Notes under the pieces: generated by a model
Seen by the model: only the letters and a program-made list of their open reading frames with translations
Told to the model about the DNA's origin: nothing
Database searches by the model: none
Source of the DNA: a virus
Taxonomy: Duplodnaviria; Caudoviricetes
DNA: 64,000 nt
Virus record (IMG/VR): IMGVR_UViG_2974692648_000001
Coordinates: 128,001-192,000 of that record
Reading direction: 5' to 3' (one strand)
Translations under genes and position numbers: made by a program
Shown: positions 50,525 through 59,747 of the stretch, piece after piece
Position numbering within the stretch: the stretch's first letter is position 1
Layout: each line of letters opens with the position of its first letter

Positions 50525-51231
50525 TGACCATCGTCGTTTTCCATAAAGGTACTTTCATGGCCGATTCATTAAGTCGTCACGGTGCCGAATTAGAAGCAGA
50601 ACATCGAGGTCGAGAGGCTTCCAAATCACATCTTAAGATTTATCCGGTTCCTGAAGACGTGCCTAAGTTTGATGACGGAAGCGGTACGTTAAAGACTCCG
50701 GACTTCATGGGTTCAGCTGGATCGACTTTCGCTATTCGGGTGACTACACTTTTTTTAAGTGACTTGTTGACTCCGTTCGGACTAACTAATTTCGTTCCCG
50801 GAACTTATAACTTACAAACCTGCAATTTACAAGTAAACACTAATCGTGTTGCATGGTTTTTATTCCGGGTAGGTGAACAATGTTTCCGGGTTGAATACGA
50901 AGGGAACAAACTCATCATCGGTGAATTAAAAGACGCCGACATCATTGGGAGTGCCAAGGGTTCATATAACTTTTTATTGAAAGTGTTGTATGACACCTTT
51001 AATCCTCCGCTTAATAAGAAGTTTGTTGCGTTGAACTTTTTGTTGTTGTCGGGCATCGACGAAACCATTGGTGGTGATCTTTGGGTGGTAAACAAAGGTG
51101 AAAGAGAAATTACCGCGTCATCTCCCAAACTTAGTGATAAAGTTAAAAAGAAACTGGTCAAGGATTATCGTGAGAATTTGTACAAAAAAGCTAATCTCAC
51201 TTTACCTGTTGAAGAAAAGAAAGAGGATTAA
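50524..51231 (+). CDS. Ntn-hydrolase / proteasome-beta (HslV)-like protein B1
   Basis: M|TIVV...MADS, HLKI, GSAG, IIGSA, DETIGG. Confidence 0.65.
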   Translation: MTIVVFHKGTFMADSLSRHGAELEAEHRGREASKSHLKIYPVPEDVPKFDDGSGTLKTPDFMGSAGSTFAIRVTTLFLSDLLTPFGLTNFVPGTYNLQTCNLQVNTNRVAWFLFRVGEQCFRVEYEGNKLIIGELKDADIIGSAKGSYNFLLKVLYDTFNPPLNKKFVALNFLLLSGIDETIGGDLWVVNKGEREITASSPKLSDKVKKKLVKDYRENLYKKANLTLPVEEKKED

Positions 51232-51234
51232 ACA

Positions 51235-51879
51235 ATGTCCATAATCAGTGTAGACAGAAGCGGGTTCATGGTTACCGCCGTTACTGAGCGCGGTCCCTTT
51301 TGGTGCATGACGACTTCCGCTAGTCGCCCTGTCTGGAGCAAAGACTTCCCTATTGAACGTGAGGAAGGCGTACCAGAACATGTGATTTATGGTGCGGCTT
51401 ACGACGATGGTGAAGGGAAAGATTTTTCTTCTAATGAATTTTACGACATCATGTGGTTGTATCAAGTTGAAAAGTTAGAGGAAGGGACGTATCCACTCCG
51501 TCACCCACTTATGGTGCACAGTAAGATGGGAGAGCATCGCTGGGCTGGTTTAACTAACAAAGGTACTTTAGTTACCTTAAAACTTAACGACAGAAATTTG
51601 GAGATTAAGTTTTACGATGTTAGCGACGGTGGCAGTTATCTCATTGACAATGACCAAGAGAAAGGTCTTCCGATCGCAAGCGAAGTTGTTGGGGTTATAG
51701 ACGGTCCCGAAAGTTTGCAATGGGGGATGTTAGCTAGCCTCAGAAAGGACACCCCTAAGTTAGCCAAGGTGTTTTCTACTGATCGAGACATAAGTGTTGT
51801 AATGTCCATGAATCCAAAACCTGAAACATTAGATAGTTGGGTGACTGCTCTGGATGAAAAGCTAGGAGAATTAGTATGA
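51235..51879 (+). CDS. partner protein A2
   Basis: Paralog of 49886..50524. Confidence 0.75.
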   Translation: MSIISVDRSGFMVTAVTERGPFWCMTTSASRPVWSKDFPIEREEGVPEHVIYGAAYDDGEGKDFSSNEFYDIMWLYQVEKLEEGTYPLRHPLMVHSKMGEHRWAGLTNKGTLVTLKLNDRNLEIKFYDVSDGGSYLIDNDQEKGLPIASEVVGVIDGPESLQWGMLASLRKDTPKLAKVFSTDRDISVVMSMNPKPETLDSWVTALDEKLGELV

Positions 51880-52592
51880 CTTTAGTTGTTGGATTTTTAG
51901 GTGACATGATGGCTGATTCTAAGGCGATGAGCTGCGCCGAAGAGTTAGAACGTCGTCCTCGGGTTGCCACGCATGATCATCTTAAGATCATGCCCGCACC
52001 TAACTTGACCCCTCCTTATGTTGATGAAGAAGGAACAGAGCATGTTCCAGACTTTATGGGAGTGGCAGGGAACACTAATGCAGTAGAGATGCTTAAGTTA
52101 GACCCCACGGATATGTTAGGTTTGTTTGGTTTGGAGAAATTCATTCCTGGTGAATACAACATGTCTTTGATCAATTTTAACATGGATACTGACATCTCTT
52201 TAAAAGTCATGTTCCGTGTTGGTGAGAAATTCTTTACCGTGGGATTTGACGGTTCTTCTTTGGAGATCTCTAAATTAACCAACTATGTTTCTATGGGTAG
52301 TGGTGCTGGACCTTTCCGCGTCCTAACTAAGATGCTCTTTGATGACAAGGGGGTGACAGGTCAAGATCTCGCGACTACCTTTAAACTACTCATGTTATCA
52401 GGTGCGGATGTAACCGTAGGAGGAAAATTCCAATTCCTGTTATCCGGAAAGGATAACGTTTTTAGCGAGACACCTAAGATCACTCAAGAAGACCGAGAGA
52501 AATTAGTAAAGCGTTACAAAGAGACGCTTTACAAACTAAGCGGTCACGAACTCCCTAAAGAAGCGGAAGAGGAAAAGATTGAGAAGGAGTAG
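51876..52592 (+). CDS. Ntn-hydrolase / proteasome-beta (HslV)-like protein B2
   Basis: M|TLVV...MADS, HLKI, GVAG, MGSGA, DVTVGG. Confidence 0.7.
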   Translation: MTLVVGFLGDMMADSKAMSCAEELERRPRVATHDHLKIMPAPNLTPPYVDEEGTEHVPDFMGVAGNTNAVEMLKLDPTDMLGLFGLEKFIPGEYNMSLINFNMDTDISLKVMFRVGEKFFTVGFDGSSLEISKLTNYVSMGSGAGPFRVLTKMLFDDKGVTGQDLATTFKLLMLSGADVTVGGKFQFLLSGKDNVFSETPKITQEDREKLVKRYKETLYKLSGHELPKEAEEEKIEKE

Positions 52593-52595
52593 GGT

Positions 52596-53165
52596 ATGAA
52601 GGAAAACACCATCAAGTTGGTGTTACTGGACGTGATCAAAGCTTACCACTCATACCTTGGAAACGAGGTATGGGAGGAAACCCTATTGAAAGCCAACAAT
52701 GGGGATTGCATCTGGATAGCTCAACTTACGGCGTATGTGCTCAGACATGCGTTTGATTTTTCGATAGACATACAGAGTTCCCCTCACCATACATTCTTAG
52801 TGTATGACGGAAAGGTTTACGATTCTCTTAACTTTAACGGCGGAGATGTATTCAGTCTCCCCTTTTACGGAGTATCAAGTAAATGTCGAAAGGAAGTTTC
52901 TCCTCTGGATTACTTTCATTTGGAACCTTGGGATGAAGATATCTATTCGGTAATTCACCATGTATGTAATCATTATGGAATAATCCCCATGGGGAACGTG
53001 GGGTATGATTTTGGGAATCCTAAACCCATCGCTATTATTAGTAGTGCGGAAGAACAAAATCGTTTAGAGATTATGGACATTGATGTTGAGTATCGAATTT
53101 CAGCTGGATACGAGACGGAACATGTGCATGTTGTTGAAGTTAAAGATAATAACCTAGGTAATTAA
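52596..53165 (+). CDS. papain/transglutaminase-fold-like protein
   Basis: NNGDC...PHHTFLVYDGKVYD (Cys-His-Asp). Confidence 0.55.
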   Translation: MKENTIKLVLLDVIKAYHSYLGNEVWEETLLKANNGDCIWIAQLTAYVLRHAFDFSIDIQSSPHHTFLVYDGKVYDSLNFNGGDVFSLPFYGVSSKCRKEVSPLDYFHLEPWDEDIYSVIHHVCNHYGIIPMGNVGYDFGNPKPIAIISSAEEQNRLEIMDIDVEYRISAGYETEHVHVVEVKDNNLGN

Positions 53166-53167
53166 GA

Positions 53168-53560
53168 ATGTTGTTCACAGTCGGTGCGTTAATTAAAAAT
53201 GCGGAAGGTAAACTATTGATCCAAAATCATAAAAAGATTGGTGGGTTAACCATCCCTAGTGGTAAATTGGATGATAACGAACGTGACGTGGTTGGACTGA
53301 CCCGAGAATTGAAAGAGGAATTGGGCGTAACAACCCTTTGGGTTGGTAAGCGTTTAGGTAAGTGGCGACAGACCTACGAGGGTTTAGGTGTTGTCGATCA
53401 AGCTCTATACGAAGTGGTGTTAAACGAAGAACCTCGAAACATGGAACCAAACAAACACACTTCCCAAACTTGGATGTCCATTGAGGAGATCAAATCAAGT
53501 GGGGAGAAACTCAGCGGATATTTAACTAAAGTTTTAGAACTGGAGAAAACAAATGAGTAA
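53168..53560 (+). CDS. Nudix hydrolase
   Basis: PSGKLDDNE...GLTRELKEELGV Nudix box; NMEPNKH. Confidence 0.9.
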   Translation: MLFTVGALIKNAEGKLLIQNHKKIGGLTIPSGKLDDNERDVVGLTRELKEELGVTTLWVGKRLGKWRQTYEGLGVVDQALYEVVLNEEPRNMEPNKHTSQTWMSIEEIKSSGEKLSGYLTKVLELEKTNE

Positions 53561-54815
53561 ACAAATTAAAGAATTAATGTACCAACTGGTCGATTCATTC
53601 TCGATTATTGCTAACCTTAAACACCATAAAGCGGTTCAGTATTTGAACAGCGGGCATTGTTACGCGGTGGCGACGTTAGCACAACACATCTTAAAAGAGA
53701 AATATGACATCACAGTGAACTTGAAGTCTCACCCACATCATAGTTTCTTTGAATATGACGGTGTCTACTACGATACTTTGTTTCCGGTAGGTTATCCACT
53801 ACACCCTTCTGAGGTGTGGCGTATGGAAGAGGCTCGGTGTCGTAAGACTTTAGATGACTGGGCGTTTGGAGAGTGCATGATGGTTAACCCAGACCCAACT
53901 ATCATCGCTTGGGTGGAGTACGTTACGGAAAGACTCGGAATCAGTCAACCTAAGTTTTACTGGGAGATGATAGAAACTTTCGAAGATCGTTCTACTTATG
54001 ATAAGAAAGCAACTCGTAAAGTCTACCATCACAAACTAGGCAAGTACCGTCGTAAGGTTAAACGTTACCGTCTCCGAGCATGGAAGTTCCGTAACGTAGA
54101 ATGGAAAACGTTCATGATTGGTTGGATGGCGGAGTTTACCCCTTATCCGGAAGATCTTTGGGTGGATTTAGAAGTCATTGAATACGATAAGTGGGTGAAG
54201 AAAGTAATCTCTACCGTTTACCCTCCTTACGAAGAAGTGATGGAGAAGTGTTTTGGTGACGATGTCTTTGACTCCCCTAATGTTCAAGCGATGGGTCGAT
54301 TAAGTGACATCTGTACAGGTGGTGAAGTGGGGTTTAAGCGGGACAACCTTTGGGGTGTATGTGCCAGCACTGGTCTCGAGTTAAGTGCTTCTATGGAAGT
54401 GAAGTCTCCTGTGGGACCCCTAGAGGTTTCGGAGGAAGTGGATAAAATACTGGAAGACGCAGCACAGCACTTGAATGAGAAACACCAACAGTCTAGTTTC
54501 CCTCGTGGTTGTTCTGCTAACGTCAAAATGTACGATGATGCTTGTTATCAACATTACATGAATGCACGGTCTGAAGCCCCAGGTCTTTTGAACTTGACAT
54601 GTCATCACTGGAAGGTAATCGACGAGGCTTGCAAAAGAATAAAGGACGGGGAAGTCTTTGATCCTAAAAGAGTGCTTACATTAGGTTCACCTGATAAACT
54701 AGAAGATGATCCTAAACGTGTACTCTTTGCCGTCGAAGATAACGAGGGTAAAGTGAGCTACACGAGTGATCGAGAAGCGTGGTTAAATAGGGACTCCGGT
54801 GACTGCGAGGAATAA
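53553..54815 (+). CDS. papain-fold-like protein with C-terminal extension
   Basis: NSGHC...PHHSFFEYDGVYYD; paralog of 52596. Confidence 0.6.
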   Translation: MSKQIKELMYQLVDSFSIIANLKHHKAVQYLNSGHCYAVATLAQHILKEKYDITVNLKSHPHHSFFEYDGVYYDTLFPVGYPLHPSEVWRMEEARCRKTLDDWAFGECMMVNPDPTIIAWVEYVTERLGISQPKFYWEMIETFEDRSTYDKKATRKVYHHKLGKYRRKVKRYRLRAWKFRNVEWKTFMIGWMAEFTPYPEDLWVDLEVIEYDKWVKKVISTVYPPYEEVMEKCFGDDVFDSPNVQAMGRLSDICTGGEVGFKRDNLWGVCASTGLELSASMEVKSPVGPLEVSEEVDKILEDAAQHLNEKHQQSSFPRGCSANVKMYDDACYQHYMNARSEAPGLLNLTCHHWKVIDEACKRIKDGEVFDPKRVLTLGSPDKLEDDPKRVLFAVEDNEGKVSYTSDREAWLNRDSGDCEE

Positions 54816-54836
54816 CATCGTATGTAAGGAGAATCT

Positions 54837-55043
54837 ATGAGTAAACTAGCAATAGCGGCTGTGGTGGCCGCTACTTTATCAGCACCACATCCACTAACAA
54901 TAACGCGTGATTGGGAAGAAAGTTTTGACTACGACTTTCTTGCAACTGAGTTAAGAAGACCGCCTCTCAAAATCAACGCGGTTGGCACGAGTAGTCAGAA
55001 CAACATACGTCATTTTTATTATTACATTAGAAGGAACAACTGA
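54837..55043 (+). CDS. small hypothetical protein
   Basis: AAGGAG RBS; hydrophobic N-terminus. Confidence 0.55.
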   Translation: MSKLAIAAVVAATLSAPHPLTITRDWEESFDYDFLATELRRPPLKINAVGTSSQNNIRHFYYYIRRNN

Positions 55044-55044
55044 G

Positions 55045-55416
55045 ATGTTTAAAAAGGAAAACTTGAAGATTCTTGTTATAGGGGTAGTGTTAGCGATCAG
55101 TTATCAGGTTGCCCTGAGCCTGGTGCCCAATACTTATGAATCAGAAGGCGAAATTGTCAATATCCGCGAGGAGGTTCATCAGATCGATGTCATTAACTTT
55201 CCAACCGTCGGTGAGAGTAAACGTGTCGAACCAGAAAGTCACTCCTTCGTACGCTATGAGATAGAAGTCTTAATAAACAGAAAGATAGTCTCTTGCATAT
55301 TAAAGGAAGAACAATACGGTTTGTTAAACGGGACTAATTTCGTTAACATGTCTTATGAGATGATGGACAACGGTGAGTACCGTTGCATGAATTTGAAACC
55401 TGCTGAGGACGTGTAA
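55045..55416 (+). CDS. TM-anchored protein with two Cys
   Basis: Start moved to ATG 55045 (AAGGA); paralog of the next ORF. Confidence 0.7.
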   Translation: MFKKENLKILVIGVVLAISYQVALSLVPNTYESEGEIVNIREEVHQIDVINFPTVGESKRVEPESHSFVRYEIEVLINRKIVSCILKEEQYGLLNGTNFVNMSYEMMDNGEYRCMNLKPAEDV

Positions 55417-55715
55417 TGAAAACCAGTACTAGTTGGGTGTGTCGAGCTGTTTCTGCTTCCCTGATCACTGCACTGTCGTTGTTCATAATTTGGTGTGCGG
55501 TCAATTACCAGATATTCATTGTGGAAGGTTATGTTACCGATGTGTTTAAAGTTGATGGTTCTGAGTACGATTACTTCATTCGAACGGAAGTGGATTTATT
55601 CCAATGTCGGATTGGGGAAGAAGAACATCTCATCATTGGGGAGGAGCGTCACTTGAGTGTTATGTATGGTGAGTACCCAACCGGAGAACGGACTTGTCTC
55701 TATATCGGTATTTAA
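55416..55715 (+). CDS. TM-anchored protein with two Cys
   Basis: TAATG coupling; EG.V...Y.I...C.I.EE...GE..C. Confidence 0.7.
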   Translation: MKTSTSWVCRAVSASLITALSLFIIWCAVNYQIFIVEGYVTDVFKVDGSEYDYFIRTEVDLFQCRIGEEEHLIIGEERHLSVMYGEYPTGERTCLYIGI

Positions 55716-55726
55716 CATACAGTTAC

Positions 55727-55750
55727 TTTCAAATCTATATAACCTAGGTG
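55727..55750 (+). promoter_or_regulatory. early promoter
   Basis: TTTCAAATCTATATAACCTAGGTG. Confidence 0.8.
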
Positions 55751-55793
55751 TTAAGTAACTATCTTTCATTAACCTTTAATAAGGAATATCACC

Positions 55794-56057
55794 ATGGACT
55801 TTCTAAAAGAAAAAGCTACTGTCAATGAACTTCGTGTAATCAAAGCTGTCACTGGTCTAGCTATCGGTGGTGTTTCAATCGCGATGAATGAAGAACTTCC
55901 AGTAGGCAAGCTTGCTTGTACCGCAGCAGGTACTACGATGGCAGTCATGAATACTTCAGAAAGAGACACTCGTCGTCTAGGTGCTCGTGAAAATGCTATC
56001 TGGGAAACTGTAGGTAGTGTTGCGCTTGTTAGTATCGTCGGAAGCCTATTCTCATAA
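55794..56057 (+). CDS. small hydrophobic early protein
   Basis: AAGGA RBS; three hydrophobic segments. Confidence 0.7.
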   Translation: MDFLKEKATVNELRVIKAVTGLAIGGVSIAMNEELPVGKLACTAAGTTMAVMNTSERDTRRLGARENAIWETVGSVALVSIVGSLFS

Positions 56058-56077
56058 ATCTTTAAAAGGAACCTGTC

Positions 56078-56479
56078 ATGGAAAACTTCATCTACAATGG
56101 GATCAACTACATGGACCTTGTGAAAGCAAGCGTTGGTGAACACACTATCTATATCAGTAAATGGGATGTAGAAAAGAAGATCAAAAACGATGTTATTCAA
56201 CTTACAGAAGAACGTCCAACTGAGTTCAACACAGAACTCCATATTGAAATTAACTTGACTATTTATTCAAGTGTGATTGTTCATGTGGTTGATTCCTTGC
56301 AAGCTCTGGAGATTGCTAAAGAGCTTTCTTCTAAGCTTAGTAAAGAAGTTACCATTTATTCACATGCTCGTCATTTAGCTCGATTCCTAAAAGGTGAGCA
56401 GGTCGGTCAGGTGAAAACATTGGACGATTTCTATACGAACATCACTGAAGAACAACGAGCACTGACTCGCTTAAAATAA
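56078..56479 (+). CDS. hypothetical protein
   Basis: AAGGA RBS, 133 aa. Confidence 0.7.
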   Translation: MENFIYNGINYMDLVKASVGEHTIYISKWDVEKKIKNDVIQLTEERPTEFNTELHIEINLTIYSSVIVHVVDSLQALEIAKELSSKLSKEVTIYSHARHLARFLKGEQVGQVKTLDDFYTNITEEQRALTRLK

Positions 56480-56494
56480 ACAGAATGCAGAAAA

Positions 56495-56548
56495 CCTCCT
56501 ACTACCCAATGGGTAGTAGGAGGAACCTTTCAGTTTATTTTTTTTTTC
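56495..56548. terminator. terminator, CTACT(A)CC family, between convergent genes
   Basis: CCTCCTACTACCC-aat-GGGTAGTAGGAGG, downstream T10. Confidence 0.85.
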
Positions 56549-56558
56549 GTTCAGGTTA

Positions 56559-57458
56559 TTAAACCATCACGTTTTTGTTCTTCACTTTAGAAGCACGGTC
56601 TTTCATCTGCTCCATGATACCAGTATCACGAAGAGACTCAAGTACTGCCGTACGATCTTTAAAGCCAGACGGAATGCTGGAACCGATGTTGTTATACAAC
56701 GGTAGTTTCTTCAAGAAAGTACGAGCAACTTCACGTACCGCCAGAGTATCGAACTCCGTCAAACCTGTGTATTCCATGTTGATCTCACGGATTTGACCAG
56801 CTTCGTCTTTGTTACGACGAATACCCACTTCTACAGTCGAACGAGGCATGACCGCTAGAGTCATGGCGGCGTGAGCGATGTCACGCATGTTTTCTGTAGT
56901 GTTGAACATCAGTAGTGTGGCTGAACGTTCATCGATAAGTAGGTCACCCGGCTCACTCAGAACAACAGCACGCGGAGCACCGATGTCGGTATCGTGACCA
57001 CACCATTTCACCCAGATAGAGTGTAGGTTAGTGAAGACTTCACCTACGACGTCATTGCCTTGGAATGAAATAGGGCCTAGGGTGCGAGTACCACCAGTAG
57101 GCACGCTTAACGTACGACCAGACCAACGAACATCACCGAACTCTAGTTCAGTACGGTCCGTTGGACCTTGCCATGTACGGGCACGTGTTTCAAACCACGC
57201 TTTAGCCAACGCATGCAGATAGTTACCCGCAGGTAGACGACTGAATAGCGCAGGAGTGGACATCACGAAACACCAACCTTGTTGGTCAATGTGTGGATGT
57301 TCACTAACGTAAGCGTAGGAATCCGGCGCAAAGCCGTATTGACCACCTTGAGTGCCGTCCAACGTAGCGCGATCGCCTTTGTCGGTGTTGGCAAAGAAGG
57401 CAGACGAGTTAGACAGGATTGTCTTATTGCCGCGATGCGGCTGGTTAGAAGCTGCCAT
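56559..57458 (-). CDS. tail tube / major virion protein (phiKZ gp30-like)
   Basis: 299 aa downstream of the sheath gene; GGQYG motif. Confidence 0.75.
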   Translation of the reverse strand: MAASNQPHRGNKTILSNSSAFFANTDKGDRATLDGTQGGQYGFAPDSYAYVSEHPHIDQQGWCFVMSTPALFSRLPAGNYLHALAKAWFETRARTWQGPTDRTELEFGDVRWSGRTLSVPTGGTRTLGPISFQGNDVVGEVFTNLHSIWVKWCGHDTDIGAPRAVVLSEPGDLLIDERSATLLMFNTTENMRDIAHAAMTLAVMPRSTVEVGIRRNKDEAGQIREINMEYTGLTEFDTLAVREVARTFLKKLPLYNNIGSSIPSGFKDRTAVLESLRDTGIMEQMKDRASKVKNKNVMV

Positions 57459-57463
57459 CTAAA

Positions 57464-59602
57464 TTACCCCTCAGCTGCCAAGTCTTGCTCGTTGCGGGCA
57501 ACGAGAGACATATCCATCATGTACTTACCTTTACGGAAAGCAACATAACCTGTTACGTAAAGAACGGAACGAGAATCCGCAGCACCTTCGTTGTACGTAG
57601 GTTCAACCACTATATCTTCGAACATTGTCCCTAGGTTTTCACGACATTTCGTTTCAGCACGATCTTTAACGATCGCCGCGTATTCTTCTGCCGTGATGGT
57701 GGTGTCGCCAGAAACCAACGTCCACGTATCTGCGATGATCTTCTCAACGTTTACCGCAGTGAACACCGTAGTCCAGTCCTTAAGAACTGAATCTTGGTGA
57801 GGGTAAATAGTTGGAAGCGCAGGACGGTAAAGTTGTTCTTGGTTGTACGGACGTAAAGTACAAGCACCACTGTCGAAGTTGTTTGCTGCGTTAGGATCCG
57901 CTTCCAAATCTACTGTTGGGTCGTACATAGTACGAAGTAGACGGTTGTTAGCGTGATCTGGAGAATTCGCTTTTAGCAACTGACCTTGAGAGTTACCACC
58001 GAACAATGCCATGGCGTAAGCAAGGTCCAGTACATGAGAGAAACGCTCGCCAGACTCTTCATTGATCTTAGCCATTTCCCACATTGCAATCATCGCACGA
58101 CATGCAGGTGTACCATATTTCTCTGATTCAGGGAACAGACGAAGACGGTTAGTGATGTACGTTTGACGAGAGTAGTGTTCTTCGATGGTTGCTTCTTTTA
58201 GCCATTCTGCCGAAGCAAAGATCGCCGCATGGTCTTTACGAGACGCAAGAAGTTGGATCAGTTCGTCAACGATCTCTGAGTTGAAACCAACATCAAAGAT
58301 GATAGATTGACGGTTACGAGTCCAGTCCAAGATCTCTAGAGACTTGCGGTACTTCATGATATCTTCAAGGTATAACGCTTGAGTTACCTGCCACGCATCC
58401 TTACGGTTCAACTCTTCCACCGGACCTTTCTCAGGATCGAAGTTGTAAGAACGAGAAAGTGTCACACCTTCTGGTACCGAACGATCTTTAGTAAGGAAAG
58501 GAGAAATACCGCCCGTAGCGTCTAGCTGAGCACCCATGTTGAACAATCGAGTAGGCGCATCTACTTCGATTGCGTAGTAAGGGATGCCTTCGTGGTTTAC
58601 AGCAGTCAGTGGGTTGATTTGTTTGTAAGGCTTAACACCTTCCAAGTAAACCAAGTTTTCTGGCTTAGCTGCTTCTTCGACACTGAATAGGTCTTTACAC
58701 AGAGCTTCAATAGACTCGTGGTAAACGTGAGCTTCGTAGAACGGAGCAGCACGTGGAGTCATTGGACGGTTAGCTGTTGCACCTGTGTAAGCACCGATCG
58801 CTTCTTTAACACCGTAACGAACGTTGTTAGCACGAGTGTCAAACAAAGTGAACTGCACTTCTTCAGTATTGATCAGTGTTTTAGCAATCACGGGAGTGCC
58901 GTAGATTGATTTCTCGTACAACTTCATGTTGAACGGGAAGACACCGAACTGAGATACAAACTCAGCAATACGAGAGAAGTCCGCTGAACCAGAGATACCT
59001 GCATAGTGACCCATGCGGTTGTAGATATCACCGATGCCCGCCGGTAGCTCGTAAAGTGGATAGATGGTGAAACCAGGTTCACCTTCTGCACCTTCACCAG
59101 TAATCGGTTTCAAACCTTTGTACTCAGTATCAGTGATATCAAGTAACATCGGAGTAATTTTACGACCTGGTAAAGTTACGTCACCTGAGTCTACCGGAAT
59201 ACGAGCACCGTTGTCATCAAGTACGAATTGTTGAGCTGCGTCACGCTGGTATTGCTGAATGTCTCCAGCAGTAACTTTAACGCCCACTGCCACACGAGCA
59301 ATCTCGTTGTTTGCTGTTAGACGACGCATGCCTAGTGAAGCCTGACCACCACTAGCTAGAGTTTGGATCAGTGCCGCGATCGGGTTGTAGTACGGACCAT
59401 CAGTATCTTGGATATCCCCATAGAGATCAGCCAAGTCACTCACGTTGATGTACTTTTGTCCGAGAGGTCCTTTAGGAGTAACCGCACTAATAACTGGGAA
59501 GTTACAAGGGTAGGAAGCGAGCTGAGGAGACACGATAGGACGTGAATCATCGCCGATACCTTGGTTACGGACTTGTCCCGGAACTATAGATGTAAAGGAC
59601 AT
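57464..59602 (-). CDS. tail sheath protein (phiKZ gp29-like)
   Basis: 712 aa; PGQVRNQGIGDDS, FDVGF and FPESEKYGTPACRA motifs. Confidence 0.85.
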   Translation of the reverse strand: MSFTSIVPGQVRNQGIGDDSRPIVSPQLASYPCNFPVISAVTPKGPLGQKYINVSDLADLYGDIQDTDGPYYNPIAALIQTLASGGQASLGMRRLTANNEIARVAVGVKVTAGDIQQYQRDAAQQFVLDDNGARIPVDSGDVTLPGRKITPMLLDITDTEYKGLKPITGEGAEGEPGFTIYPLYELPAGIGDIYNRMGHYAGISGSADFSRIAEFVSQFGVFPFNMKLYEKSIYGTPVIAKTLINTEEVQFTLFDTRANNVRYGVKEAIGAYTGATANRPMTPRAAPFYEAHVYHESIEALCKDLFSVEEAAKPENLVYLEGVKPYKQINPLTAVNHEGIPYYAIEVDAPTRLFNMGAQLDATGGISPFLTKDRSVPEGVTLSRSYNFDPEKGPVEELNRKDAWQVTQALYLEDIMKYRKSLEILDWTRNRQSIIFDVGFNSEIVDELIQLLASRKDHAAIFASAEWLKEATIEEHYSRQTYITNRLRLFPESEKYGTPACRAMIAMWEMAKINEESGERFSHVLDLAYAMALFGGNSQGQLLKANSPDHANNRLLRTMYDPTVDLEADPNAANNFDSGACTLRPYNQEQLYRPALPTIYPHQDSVLKDWTTVFTAVNVEKIIADTWTLVSGDTTITAEEYAAIVKDRAETKCRENLGTMFEDIVVEPTYNEGAADSRSVLYVTGYVAFRKGKYMMDMSLVARNEQDLAAEG

Positions 59603-59747
59603 AAATAACTCCGTTGGTTATTGTTTGTTAACTACAAGTTTTTTGATCAAAAAACTCACTTCCCATCAATCGTATGACAGGAAACACTGTCTTATAACTG
59701 AAACGTAGAAAGTAAGTTTCTACATAGGATTCAATACGGAGTTTATC

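Noticed and set aside
55769-56242. 157-aa minus-strand ORF
   Set aside because: Overlaps two plus-strand genes that have a promoter and RBS.
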